Assembly: GCA_030693335.1 (NCBI GenBank)
Contig: JAUYAU010000001.1
Span: 13,796 to 77,795 of the forward strand
Origin: Sulfuricurvum sp.
GTDB lineage: Bacteria; Campylobacterota; Campylobacteria; Campylobacterales; Sulfurimonadaceae
DNA length: 64,000 nucleotides
Reading direction: 5' to 3'
The position numbers and the translations under genes were made by a program. Shown piece after piece: positions 50,466 through 59,656 of this stretch. The notes beneath the pieces were generated by a model. The model worked only from the letters and a program-made list of their open reading frames with translations. It ran no database searches and had not been told where the DNA came from. Positions within the stretch are counted from its first letter, which is position 1. Each line of letters begins with the position of its first letter.

Positions 50466-50474
50466 CAAGGCAAT

Positions 50475-52664
50475 TTGAACTATATGAACAATTTGATTGA
50501 TCAACTGCCTTGTCCTGTATTGATTACTGATGCCATGGGTCATATATTTATGGCTAATACTAATTTATTGCAATTAGCGGGAGGGAGTGCTGAAGAATGG
50601 GATAAAAAGTCTCTAAATGATTTATTACCCCCTGCGAGCCGTATTTTTTTACAGACACACCTTTGGCCAATTTTATATCATGAAGCGCAAGTTCAAGAAA
50701 TCCACATGCAAATCTATGACAGCCAAAAACAATCTGTTCCCGTATTGGTCAACTGTCAGAGAAGTTTTTATAATGGCCAAGAAAGCTACTCTTGGGTATT
50801 TTTTGTCGCACATGAACGCAGTCGGTTTGAGGCTGAGCTACTGAAAGCCAAAGAAAATGCCCAAGCATCCGAACGCGCTAAATCACAATTTTTAGCTGCC
50901 ATGAGTCATGAGATACGAACTCCCATGAACGGCGTATTGGGAATGCTGGGACTACTGGATAAAACTCAACTTAACCCATCTCAAAAACACAAAGTGGCTG
51001 TTGCAACTTCCAGTGCTACCTCATTGCTGGGACTTATCAATGATATTCTCGATTTTTCCAAGATTGAAGCAGGGAAGATGGATTTGGAAATGCTCGAGTT
51101 TGATCTAAGAAATGAGTTGGAAGATTTCACACACTCCATTGCATTTAAAGTCCAAGAAAAAGGTTTAAAACTCATTCTAGACACCGATAAAATCAGTTAT
51201 TCAAACATTATCACCGATCCGGGACGTTTGCGTCAGATTCTCACCAACCTCGTAGGAAATGCAGTGAAGTTTACTCATGAGGGGAAAATCACCATTAAAA
51301 CTTCTCTTTACAAAGAGGATGAAAAGCGTGGACGTCTGCATATTGATGTTATTGATACAGGTATTGGGATACCGCATGAAAAGATAGAAACGCTGTTTGA
51401 AGCATTTACCCAAGCCGATGGGTCAACAACCCGTAAATACGGAGGAACGGGGCTAGGACTCTCGATCGTCAAGAAATTGTGTGCGCTTATGGGGGGCTTC
51501 GTTAGTGCTACGAGTATTCCAGGAGAGGGAAGTACCTTTAGTGTGGATTTAAAGGTTGGGCTTGGAAGTGACCAAGTTATTGTTCAAAGCACTGAAGAAG
51601 AATTCAAGGAAGATAGTATCTCTTGGCCATCAGATATCCGAATTCTTCTTGTTGAAGACAACACTACCAATCAGCTTGTAGCACAAGGAATGCTTAATAG
51701 TTTAGGGCTCTACGCAGATATCGCATCTAACGGCTTAGAAGCGCTAGAAGCCATCCAAATCTCCACTGACAGTCAACCATATTCTATCGTTTTGATGGAC
51801 TGCCAGATGCCTGAAATGGATGGATACGATGCAACACATGCTATACGTGAGGGAAAAGCAGGCGAAGAGAACAAACAGCTCCACATCATTGCCATGACTG
51901 CCAATGCCATGCAAGGGGATCGTGAGAAATGCACGCTTGCCGGAATGGACGATTACATGACCAAACCGATCAATCTCTCTGTCTTAAAATCAGCACTGAT
52001 AAAATGGATTTTAAAGGGAGAAAAACCTGTTCAATCAAACCATAAACAAGCTGTCATAAAGAAAGCAGCATCAGCCGATCTTTCTTTGTGGGATGAAGCA
52101 GATGCTTTACATCGTTTAGGAAACAATGGTGTTTTATTGAACAAGATTATAAAATCGTTTATGAATGATGGACCTAACGCTCTCTCAGCACTGGTAAAAT
52201 CTTTGAAAGAAAACAACAGCCAAGATGCGCAACTGCATACACATTCGCTCAAAGGTGCCGCAGGAAATGTAGGTGCACTTAAACTACAAGAATTTGCAAG
52301 ACAGCTGGAGGAAGCGGCAAAAGATGAAAATCTCTCCAAAGTAGAAACAGGATTTGCAAAGTGTGAAACCATACTCAATGAGACGCTAAAAATATTCGAA
52401 ATTCATTTGGCAAAAGAGGTTAAACCAACCGTTCGAAAAAAACGTCTCGACTCTGTACAAATGGCCATCAAGCTCCAAAACCTCAAAAAAGAGCTGAAGA
52501 ATGGAATGATGATCGATACTGAAGAAACTGGGATATTTGTGGAGTATACCAATGAAATATTTAGTGAGAAGATAAGTAAACTCAAAGAACATGTTGAGAA
52601 GCTTGAGACGAATAAAGGGATTACCCTTATCGAGACCATTATGAGTGAACTGGAATCTTTTTAG
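50475..52664 (+). CDS. Cytoplasmic hybrid histidine kinase: RsbP-type PAS, HisKA, HATPase, REC, HPt
   Basis: DQLPC...ERSRFEAELLKAKENAQ PAS-coil; SHEIRTPMNG; NAVKFT; GGTGLGL; LMDCQMPEMDG; HSLKGAAGN; no TM. The start may be the ATG at 50484. Confidence 0.93.
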   Translation: MNYMNNLIDQLPCPVLITDAMGHIFMANTNLLQLAGGSAEEWDKKSLNDLLPPASRIFLQTHLWPILYHEAQVQEIHMQIYDSQKQSVPVLVNCQRSFYNGQESYSWVFFVAHERSRFEAELLKAKENAQASERAKSQFLAAMSHEIRTPMNGVLGMLGLLDKTQLNPSQKHKVAVATSSATSLLGLINDILDFSKIEAGKMDLEMLEFDLRNELEDFTHSIAFKVQEKGLKLILDTDKISYSNIITDPGRLRQILTNLVGNAVKFTHEGKITIKTSLYKEDEKRGRLHIDVIDTGIGIPHEKIETLFEAFTQADGSTTRKYGGTGLGLSIVKKLCALMGGFVSATSIPGEGSTFSVDLKVGLGSDQVIVQSTEEEFKEDSISWPSDIRILLVEDNTTNQLVAQGMLNSLGLYADIASNGLEALEAIQISTDSQPYSIVLMDCQMPEMDGYDATHAIREGKAGEENKQLHIIAMTANAMQGDREKCTLAGMDDYMTKPINLSVLKSALIKWILKGEKPVQSNHKQAVIKKAASADLSLWDEADALHRLGNNGVLLNKIIKSFMNDGPNALSALVKSLKENNSQDAQLHTHSLKGAAGNVGALKLQEFARQLEEAAKDENLSKVETGFAKCETILNETLKIFEIHLAKEVKPTVRKKRLDSVQMAIKLQNLKKELKNGMMIDTEETGIFVEYTNEIFSEKISKLKEHVEKLETNKGITLIETIMSELESF

Positions 52665-52667
52665 TGG

Positions 52668-53384
52668 TTAAATCGGTAGTTCATCCAGTTGTATAATACG
52701 GTATTCACCGCTCTTCAAATCCCTGAGTGTTAAGTCCCCAATACGAGAACGGTGTAATGCTGTGACATGATTCCCCACTGCCGCGAACATACGGCGTACT
52801 TGGTGATAACGTCCCTCGGTGATCTCTAGTGTGACATGAGTCGCACCAATAATCTTTAGTTTTGCAGGGAGGCATGGGCTTTTTTCACCTTTGAGCATCA
52901 AAGTACCCGATGCAAAAATTTCCGCTTCATCTCCTCGTAATGGACGATCAAGGGTCACTTCATAAAGTTTAGGTACATGATATTTAGGGGAGGTGAGGCG
53001 ATGAAGCAGTTGCCCGTCATCGGTAAGCAGCAACAGTCCACTGGTATCTTTGTCCAAACGTCCGATGGTGGAGAGCTTGGGATCACGATTACGCCATCGT
53101 TGGGGAAGCAGATCATAAACGAGCTGCCCCTCTCCGTCATCATGCGAGCAGACTAGACCTGTAGGTTTGTGCATCAAGATGACCATCCCCTGTTGCGGAT
53201 CGAGAGGAACGCCCTCAAAGAGTACTTCGTGATGAAAGGCTTTAACATCACTTTTGGTGATTTGTTTTCCCTCGACCGTGACAACTCCTGAGGCGATGAG
53301 TTTTTTGGACTCGCTTCGACTTGCGTATCCTAGACTAGTGAGAAGCTGATCGAGTCGTTGTTTAGAGGGCTTCGAGTTTTTCAT
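52668..53384 (-). CDS. RsuA-family pseudouridine synthase
   Basis: S4 domain RLDQLL..LGYASR, IGRLDKDTSGLLL, EGRYHQVRRM; likely start 53384. Confidence 0.9.
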   Translation of the reverse strand: MKNSKPSKQRLDQLLTSLGYASRSESKKLIASGVVTVEGKQITKSDVKAFHHEVLFEGVPLDPQQGMVILMHKPTGLVCSHDDGEGQLVYDLLPQRWRNRDPKLSTIGRLDKDTSGLLLLTDDGQLLHRLTSPKYHVPKLYEVTLDRPLRGDEAEIFASGTLMLKGEKSPCLPAKLKIIGATHVTLEITEGRYHQVRRMFAAVGNHVTALHRSRIGDLTLRDLKSGEYRIIQLDELPI

Positions 53385-55194
53385 CGGTCTCTTTGGTGAT
53401 ACGTTCGAACTCATGACTGGCAACTTCGAGCCGCTCAAACAGCTCTTCAATCATTTTTTCATCCGCAGCGACATTCTTGGAAAGTTCCATGAGTTGACTG
53501 CTGTCCCCACTGTTGGAATGTACGATGAGCTGTTCGTGGGAAATTTTGAGCTTGTCTTCGAGCTGCATGATGGTGTTTTCACAGTAATCAATCTCTTTTT
53601 TAAGAGGATTTAGGAGTTTTGAACGCTCCTGAATCAATGCAGAGCGCACTTGTTTGTTCTCTTTTTTAGATCCTTGCTGGATTGGCTTTTGGGCTTTTGG
53701 TGCGTCACTGATGTCGTCTTCCCAGCCGATTTTTTCCAAAAATTCATCGTAGCTACCGTTAAAAAACTCCGCACCGCCTTCACGAAAGACGATCAGCTGA
53801 TCAGCCAGCTCACGCAACAGCATTTCAGAGTGAGTGACAATGACCGTAGAACCCTCAAAACGTTTCACCGCATCGCATAGCGAATCGATCGATTGCATGT
53901 CGAGGTGGTTGGTCGGTTCATCCAAAAAGAGGAGATTGGCAGGGGTGGCGATAATTTTACCCAACATGACACGGCTGCGCTCTCCCCCTGAGAGAATGCT
54001 GATCTTTTTCTCTCCATCATCACCGCTGAACATCATCGTTCCGCAGATACCGCGCACTTTTACATTGGGTAGGGTATTATCGGCGCTTTGGATTTCGTCG
54101 ATGATGGTACTGTTTGTATTGAGACGCTCAATATTGGTTTGACCAAAATGGGCAATTTTTGTGGAGGGGTGCATAATGATTTCACCCTGTGGGGTCAGCA
54201 CGCCTGCAAGGGTATTGAGAAGGGTTGATTTCCCTTTGCCGTTTTTCCCGATGATGGCAAGGCATTTGTCCTTTTCCAAATTAAAAGAGAGGTTTTGAAA
54301 GAGCAATTCATTAGGATTGTATCCAAAGGAGAGATCCTTGACGCTCATGATCACTTTTGCAGGAATCACAGAATAGGAAAATGAAAACGACAAATCACTG
54401 TCGGATTCCAGGTTTTCCATAATTCCCATTTTATCCAGCTCTTTTTGTTTGGATTGCGCCATTACCGCCGTGGAAGCACGGGCTTTGTTGCGAGCGATAA
54501 AATCGATGAGTTCCGCGCGTTTTTTGTCGTGATTGATTTTGCTTTTTTCGTACAGTTCGTCTTCTTGGGCGATGTGGGCATAGTATTTGACACTGTTGCC
54601 TTTGATGATCGAAACATTTTTACGGCGAAGACCCATTGTATGAGTACTTACAGAGTCCATGAAATCGCGATCATGGGTGATGAGGATGACTTCACCCTCA
54701 AAGGCACGTATAAAGGCTCCCAGCCATCGTAAAGAAACGATATCGAGGTAGTTGGTCGGTTCGTCCAGCAGCAGGAGATTGGGTTCGGTGACGAGGAGCT
54801 TGACGAGATTCATGCGGATCTGATACCCTCCTGAAAAACTCAAAGGGTCTTTGTCCAAATCGTCTTGGGTAAATCCTAAACCAAACAGGATTTTTTCGAC
54901 TTTATAGACATCGTGCACCGCATCACCCTCAAGTACAGAGGCACACTCATCGCGTACGGTTTTATGGGTGAAGTGCAAATGTTGGCGCAGTGTCCCTAAT
55001 CGATAGTTTTTAGGGAGGATGATCTCACCGCTGTCGTACGGTTCTTCGCCCAAGATGATTTTAAAAAGAGTCGATTTTCCGCTCCCGTTGCGCCCGACGA
55101 AACCGAGCTTATTGCCTGAAAAGAGCTTGAGATTGAGATCTTGAAAAAGAACTCTCCCCCCGTAGCTTTTGGTGAGGTTGTTGATTTGGATCAT
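53362..55194 (-). CDS. ABC-F family ATP-binding protein (Uup-like)
   Basis: Two NBDs (GRNGSGKS / FSGG / DEPTN; GKNGKGKS / LSGGE / DEPTN), C-terminal coiled coil, no TM. Confidence 0.92.
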   Translation of the reverse strand: MIQINNLTKSYGGRVLFQDLNLKLFSGNKLGFVGRNGSGKSTLFKIILGEEPYDSGEIILPKNYRLGTLRQHLHFTHKTVRDECASVLEGDAVHDVYKVEKILFGLGFTQDDLDKDPLSFSGGYQIRMNLVKLLVTEPNLLLLDEPTNYLDIVSLRWLGAFIRAFEGEVILITHDRDFMDSVSTHTMGLRRKNVSIIKGNSVKYYAHIAQEDELYEKSKINHDKKRAELIDFIARNKARASTAVMAQSKQKELDKMGIMENLESDSDLSFSFSYSVIPAKVIMSVKDLSFGYNPNELLFQNLSFNLEKDKCLAIIGKNGKGKSTLLNTLAGVLTPQGEIIMHPSTKIAHFGQTNIERLNTNSTIIDEIQSADNTLPNVKVRGICGTMMFSGDDGEKKISILSGGERSRVMLGKIIATPANLLFLDEPTNHLDMQSIDSLCDAVKRFEGSTVIVTHSEMLLRELADQLIVFREGGAEFFNGSYDEFLEKIGWEDDISDAPKAQKPIQQGSKKENKQVRSALIQERSKLLNPLKKEIDYCENTIMQLEDKLKISHEQLIVHSNSGDSSQLMELSKNVAADEKMIEELFERLEVASHEFERITKETDEKLEAL

Positions 55195-56270
55195 TAGTCT
55201 TCTATTTTATGAGGAAGTTTACCGGGCATTGCCTCTTTAGTGGAGAGCATATTCTCAATTTGCAGTTTTACTTTGTCATAACGAAACTGCTCTTTGAATC
55301 CCTGAATTCTACCACCTGCTGCATTGGGGTGTCCGCCGCCGCCAACCCATTCGCCCGACATCATCGCAACATCCACACGGTTATGTCCACGCAGACTCAT
55401 CGTACCGCGAGTTCCCACATCGAGAAAGAAATCAAATTCGCCATAGGTAGTCAAAAAGCCGTTTCCGATGATCGAGGTATTGCCCAAGCCGTAGCTCAAA
55501 AATCCGCGCCATCCTTTGTAATAGATGGTCATGGTTGAGCGTTTCGTTCCCAGCAGTCCGACAATATGTTTGGTAGAAAGATTATCCAGCGTATTGTCCA
55601 CACCGTCTTTGAAGAAATCTTTTTTCATTTTGTGCAGCGCTTCGTCCAATGCGATGTTGGCATTAGGCTCAAAGCGCACAAGTGCAGCTTGTTCGAGCAT
55701 CGCGAGTTTATAGGTACGATCATCCGAGGAAAACATAACACGGTTGATCTCTTTGGCATCGCTGATGAGGCGCATACATACTTTGCCGTATTCAAAATCT
55801 TCTACTTCGTCTTGGTGCCACAAATCCACTGCATTGACCACTTTGACAAAAGCCTCGAGCCATCCGCCCCCTTGGAGGCCGTAATTTTCAAGCGCATATT
55901 CATAGACGATCTTGGTTGCACAACGTTCGGTATCTAAAAAATACCATGCATATTGAGCCGCAGTATCTTTCCCGCTTCCGTGGTGATCGAGTAAATTAAT
56001 AGTGATTTTCCAGCCCGTATCGTTGAGACGATTGACTTCATTGTTTAACCATTTTGCTTCTTCAGGATAAAGGTTGAGGTCTGTGATCAAAATCGTCGCT
56101 TCTTGCTTTTCTTTTTTGAGAATCTCGACAATTTCAGTAAGTCTTTCCATCACTTCTGCGCCGTAGTTGGCATTGTAGCTGATCATGTTGTGGGTCGTTT
56201 GAGCCATAACGAGCTGACAGCTGTAGCCGTCTAGATCGATGTGGGAAAGATGGTAAATGGTTTTGTTCAT
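55194..56270 (-). CDS. DHH family phosphoesterase
   Basis: SHIDLDG, ITDL, LDHH and GGGGHPNAAG motifs. Confidence 0.88.
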   Translation of the reverse strand: MNKTIYHLSHIDLDGYSCQLVMAQTTHNMISYNANYGAEVMERLTEIVEILKKEKQEATILITDLNLYPEEAKWLNNEVNRLNDTGWKITINLLDHHGSGKDTAAQYAWYFLDTERCATKIVYEYALENYGLQGGGWLEAFVKVVNAVDLWHQDEVEDFEYGKVCMRLISDAKEINRVMFSSDDRTYKLAMLEQAALVRFEPNANIALDEALHKMKKDFFKDGVDNTLDNLSTKHIVGLLGTKRSTMTIYYKGWRGFLSYGLGNTSIIGNGFLTTYGEFDFFLDVGTRGTMSLRGHNRVDVAMMSGEWVGGGGHPNAAGGRIQGFKEQFRYDKVKLQIENMLSTKEAMPGKLPHKIED

Positions 56271-56277
56271 GAATATC

Positions 56278-58473
56278 CTATTTGTCTAAAGTTATGGAGC
56301 CCAGTACTTCAAATTTGGCACTGGAATCGATTTCGGCATGCGAGAGGACGACAATTTCAAGATTGAAACGTTCGTAAATCTCTGCCAACGGTCGGCGAAG
56401 TTTTGGATCAACGATAATGACGATGGGTGATACCCCTTTTTGTAGTAATTCGCTTGCTTTTTCACTGGTCGCTTGAATGAGAGCATTAATTTCTCCGACA
56501 TTGAGCATGAGCTGTTTAATGCCGTCATGTTCTTGGGATTTCTCAAGAAGACGTTGTTCGCTCATAGCGTCAAAGGTTAATAGTTTAATGACCCCATCCG
56601 AACCTGTATAGGCTTGAGTAATGATACGGGAGAGTTTTGCTCTGACGTGTTCGGTGATGACATCCACGCTTTTGGTATATTCGGCTACGTCGGCGACGGT
56701 TTCGAGAATGGTGATCATGTCTTTGAGAGGAACACGCTCATGCAGAAGCGCTTTGAATACGCGTTGAATCAAGCCGATATTTGCCACTTTGAGCAAGTCG
56801 TCAATCACTACAGGATAATCATTCTTGATTTTATCAATGAGGATTTGGGTTTCTTGACGGGTCAGAAGTTCTTCCGCGTGTTTCTTAATCAACTCACTCA
56901 TATGGGTGGAGATGACGGTTGCAGGGTCAACAACTGTGTAGCCATTGATAATCGCATCTTCTTTGTGTTCTGGAGCAATCCAAAATGCATCGAGTCCAAA
57001 CGCCGGCTCTTTTGTCGGCTCTCCACCTTCAAGCTCTCCAATCGCCATTCCGCTGTCCATAGCAAGATAGCGATCGGGCTGGATCATGCCATCACCGATG
57101 GAAACTCCCTTGAGTAAAATCGAGTATTGGTTTGGTTTGAGATGCAGATTATCACGGATACGCACCTGTGGCATTAGAAAGCCAAAATCGGAAGCAATTT
57201 TGCGGCGCATAGAGCGGATACGCTCTAATAAATCTCCCCCCTGTGTCCCATCTGCAAGACGTATGAGCTGATAGCCAAGAGTGAGCTCCAGCATCTCAAT
57301 TTTTAGAATGTCTTCCAGTGCTGCCTCTTCTTCTTTGGCTATCTCTTCATTGGATCGTTTGCGTGTACTTGACAAAGTGGAAGCACCAGCATTTACACTC
57401 TCATCACTTGAAATGGCGGTATTTCCTGATTCACCGATCGAGGGAGATTTTGTGAGAATAAAGTCCCCTTTTTCAAATTTATACAGCGCATACCCAAGCC
57501 CTAAAAAAACCAAACCGACAAAGCCCATAGAAATGGCTGGAAGGCCAGGAACAGCAGCAAACATCAGCATAATTACACCGACGATAATCATAACTTTGGC
57601 ATTACCCATAAGTTGATTGATACTTCCTTCGGCAAAATTGCCTTCATCATTGGAAGCACGGGTGATCATGATACCCGTTGCTGTGGAAATAATTAATGCA
57701 GGAATTTGGGAAACAAGACCATCTCCAATGGTGAGAATGGTATAGGTTTGTGCACTGGCAGAAACATCGAGATCAAATTGAAAGATACCGATAAGAAAAC
57801 CGCCGATGATGTTGATCGTGGTGATGATAATCCCCGCAATCGCATCCCCTTTGATAAATTTACCCGATCCGTCCATAGCCCCATAAAAATTGGCATCTTG
57901 CAAGATTTCGGCACGACGGCGTTTTGCCTCTGCTTCTTCGATGAGTCCGCTGTTGAGATCGGCGTCAATCGCCATTTGTTTACCCGGCATTGCATCGAGG
58001 GTGAATCTTGCCGCAACTTCAGCAACGCGGTTCGAACCCTTTGTAATGACCATAAAGTTGATCAAAACGATGATACTGAAAATAATGACCCCGATAACGT
58101 AGTTACCGCCGATAACGAAATTTCCAAAACTTGTAACAATGTCACTGACGGCTTCAGGCCCCTCATGACCATGGCTGAGAATCATTCTTGTCGTGGCAAT
58201 GTTCAAGGAGAGACGAAAGAGGGTGATAATCAGCAAAAGAGTTGGAAAGGTTGTCAAATCCGTAGGTCGCGGAATGTAAAGAGAGATAAGCAAAACGAGA
58301 ACCGAAATTGCGATAACCACTGCGAGAAGCATATCGAGCATTCCGCTGGGCAAAGGGACGATGATGATCGCCAAAATGGCCATAACAAAAACGACCATAC
58401 TAAGGTCACGGGATGCAAAGATTGCCGAAAGGATGGTGCTGGCGTTAACGACTCTCTTTTTTGCTTTTGCCAA
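56278..58473 (-). CDS. flhA: Flagellar biosynthesis protein FlhA
   Basis: RVAEVAARFTLDAMPGKQMAID, FYGAMDGSGKFIKGDA. Confidence 0.98.
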   Translation of the reverse strand: MAKAKKRVVNASTILSAIFASRDLSMVVFVMAILAIIIVPLPSGMLDMLLAVVIAISVLVLLISLYIPRPTDLTTFPTLLLIITLFRLSLNIATTRMILSHGHEGPEAVSDIVTSFGNFVIGGNYVIGVIIFSIIVLINFMVITKGSNRVAEVAARFTLDAMPGKQMAIDADLNSGLIEEAEAKRRRAEILQDANFYGAMDGSGKFIKGDAIAGIIITTINIIGGFLIGIFQFDLDVSASAQTYTILTIGDGLVSQIPALIISTATGIMITRASNDEGNFAEGSINQLMGNAKVMIIVGVIMLMFAAVPGLPAISMGFVGLVFLGLGYALYKFEKGDFILTKSPSIGESGNTAISSDESVNAGASTLSSTRKRSNEEIAKEEEAALEDILKIEMLELTLGYQLIRLADGTQGGDLLERIRSMRRKIASDFGFLMPQVRIRDNLHLKPNQYSILLKGVSIGDGMIQPDRYLAMDSGMAIGELEGGEPTKEPAFGLDAFWIAPEHKEDAIINGYTVVDPATVISTHMSELIKKHAEELLTRQETQILIDKIKNDYPVVIDDLLKVANIGLIQRVFKALLHERVPLKDMITILETVADVAEYTKSVDVITEHVRAKLSRIITQAYTGSDGVIKLLTFDAMSEQRLLEKSQEHDGIKQLMLNVGEINALIQATSEKASELLQKGVSPIVIIVDPKLRRPLAEIYERFNLEIVVLSHAEIDSSAKFEVLGSITLDK

Positions 58474-58476
58474 GTA

Positions 58477-58881
58477 TTACTCTTCTAAAATAGCTTCGAG
58501 AGTGAGGATGCCTAAAAATGCATCTACTTTTCCCTGTAATCGGTTTAAAAAAGGCCATAAACCACACGTATTTGCCCGATCTGAAGGACAACTTTCTTTG
58601 GATGGAGCGCAGTTAAATACGGCGGGCATTTTTCCCTCCGCGGCTTCCATGACGTTGAGCAAGGTGATTTCACTGGTTTTACGGGCCAATTCAAATCCGC
58701 CGTTAACCCCTTTAAAAGACTTCAAAATGCCTTTTCGAGCCAATGACTGAAGAATTTTTGCCAAAAAACTTTTGGAGATGTCGAGCTCACGAGACAGAGT
58801 ATCGGCATCCAACGGTTTTTGCGCTTTCGCTAAAGCGATCAGTGACAATAGAGCATATTCACTGGCTTTTGTCATCAACAT
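58477..58881 (-). CDS. Rrf2 family transcriptional regulator with three Cys
   Basis: SEYAL, GVNGGFEL, C...C.......C cluster-ligand region; GGAGG RBS. Confidence 0.9.
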   Translation of the reverse strand: MLMTKASEYALLSLIALAKAQKPLDADTLSRELDISKSFLAKILQSLARKGILKSFKGVNGGFELARKTSEITLLNVMEAAEGKMPAVFNCAPSKESCPSDRANTCGLWPFLNRLQGKVDAFLGILTLEAILEE

Positions 58882-58979
58882 CGCTTTACCTCCAGTATTT
58901 CATTTATGAAAGTTATTATAGCAAAAAACTATTAGAGCTTACTTTGTGAAGTTTTACAGTAAATAGAGAGTTTTTTAGC

Positions 58980-59047
58980 TATAATTTCGGCCTGCTTTGA
59001 GAAAATGATTTTTCAAAAGTAAATTAACTACCCATCAGGAGGCTATT
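58980..59047 (+). promoter_or_regulatory. rpsO promoter (-10 TATAAT) and structured 5' leader
   Basis: TATAAT at 58980-85; hairpin TTTGAGAAA-ATGA-TTTTTCAAA; 5' GGCCTGCT can pair with the SD region AGGAGGCT. Confidence 0.5.
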
Positions 59048-59323
59048 ATGGCTTTAGATACGGCTAAAAAAATGGAAATTATCAAAGAATTTCAACGAAC
59101 AGAGGGTGATACCGGTTCAAGTGAAGTTCAAATCGCATTGCTTTCAAAGCGTATCGGTGATCTTACAGAGCACCTTAAAATTTTCAAAAAAGATCACTCT
59201 TCACGTTTGGGTCTTTTGAAATTGGTTGGACAGCGTCGTCGTTTGATGCGTTATTTGAAGCGTACAAACCGTGCAAGCTACATCAAATTAATTGCTGAGC
59301 TTAACATCCGCGACAATATCTAA
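59048..59323 (+). CDS. rpsO: 30S ribosomal protein S15
   Basis: [29 protein letters not shown]. Confidence 0.99.
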   Translation: MALDTAKKMEIIKEFQRTEGDTGSSEVQIALLSKRIGDLTEHLKIFKKDHSSRLGLLKLVGQRRRLMRYLKRTNRASYIKLIAELNIRDNI

Positions 59324-59336
59324 AACCTTCTCGATA

Positions 59337-59358
59337 AACTGTCTCTTTTGAGGCGGTT
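59337..59358 (+). terminator. Hairpin after rpsO, probable terminator
   Basis: AACTGTCTC-TTTT-GAGGCGGTT, 9-bp stem with two G-U pairs. Confidence 0.45.
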
Positions 59359-59493
59359 ATCTCTCACTTATTTATTTTTACCTATCTTATTCTTATCAAT
59401 CTCTATTCTGCCCGCATTAAACTTCCTGCAAAGATCCCTTTTTTATCTATGACCAAAGAGGCAATATCACTGTCCATGCTTTCAGCTCTTTTT

Positions 59494-59652
59494 ATGGCTA
59501 AATCAAGAAAAGTGAATGTTGATTTCCCCGAATGGATTGTTAATGCACTTGATATTGAAGCCAAAAGAATTGGTGTAACACGACAATCTATAATTAAAGT
59601 ATGGATTTCTGAACGTCTTAAATCAGAACAAATGACTCATAACGCGAGCTAA
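59494..59652 (+). pseudogene. N-terminally truncated CopG/RHH antitoxin (BrnA-like), orphan
   Basis: KVNVDFPEWIVNALDIEAKRIGVTRQSIIKVWISERL ribbon-helix-helix; lacks the acidic N-terminus I expect for this family, no clear RBS, no toxin gene nearby. Confidence 0.6.
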
Positions 59653-59656
59653 AAAG

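Noticed and set aside
57706-58488. 260-aa + strand ORF
   Set aside because: Antisense shadow of flhA with no motifs; similar shadows (13770-14252, 6975-7466, 56614-57117, 46396-46875, 47450-47923) were rejected for the same reason.
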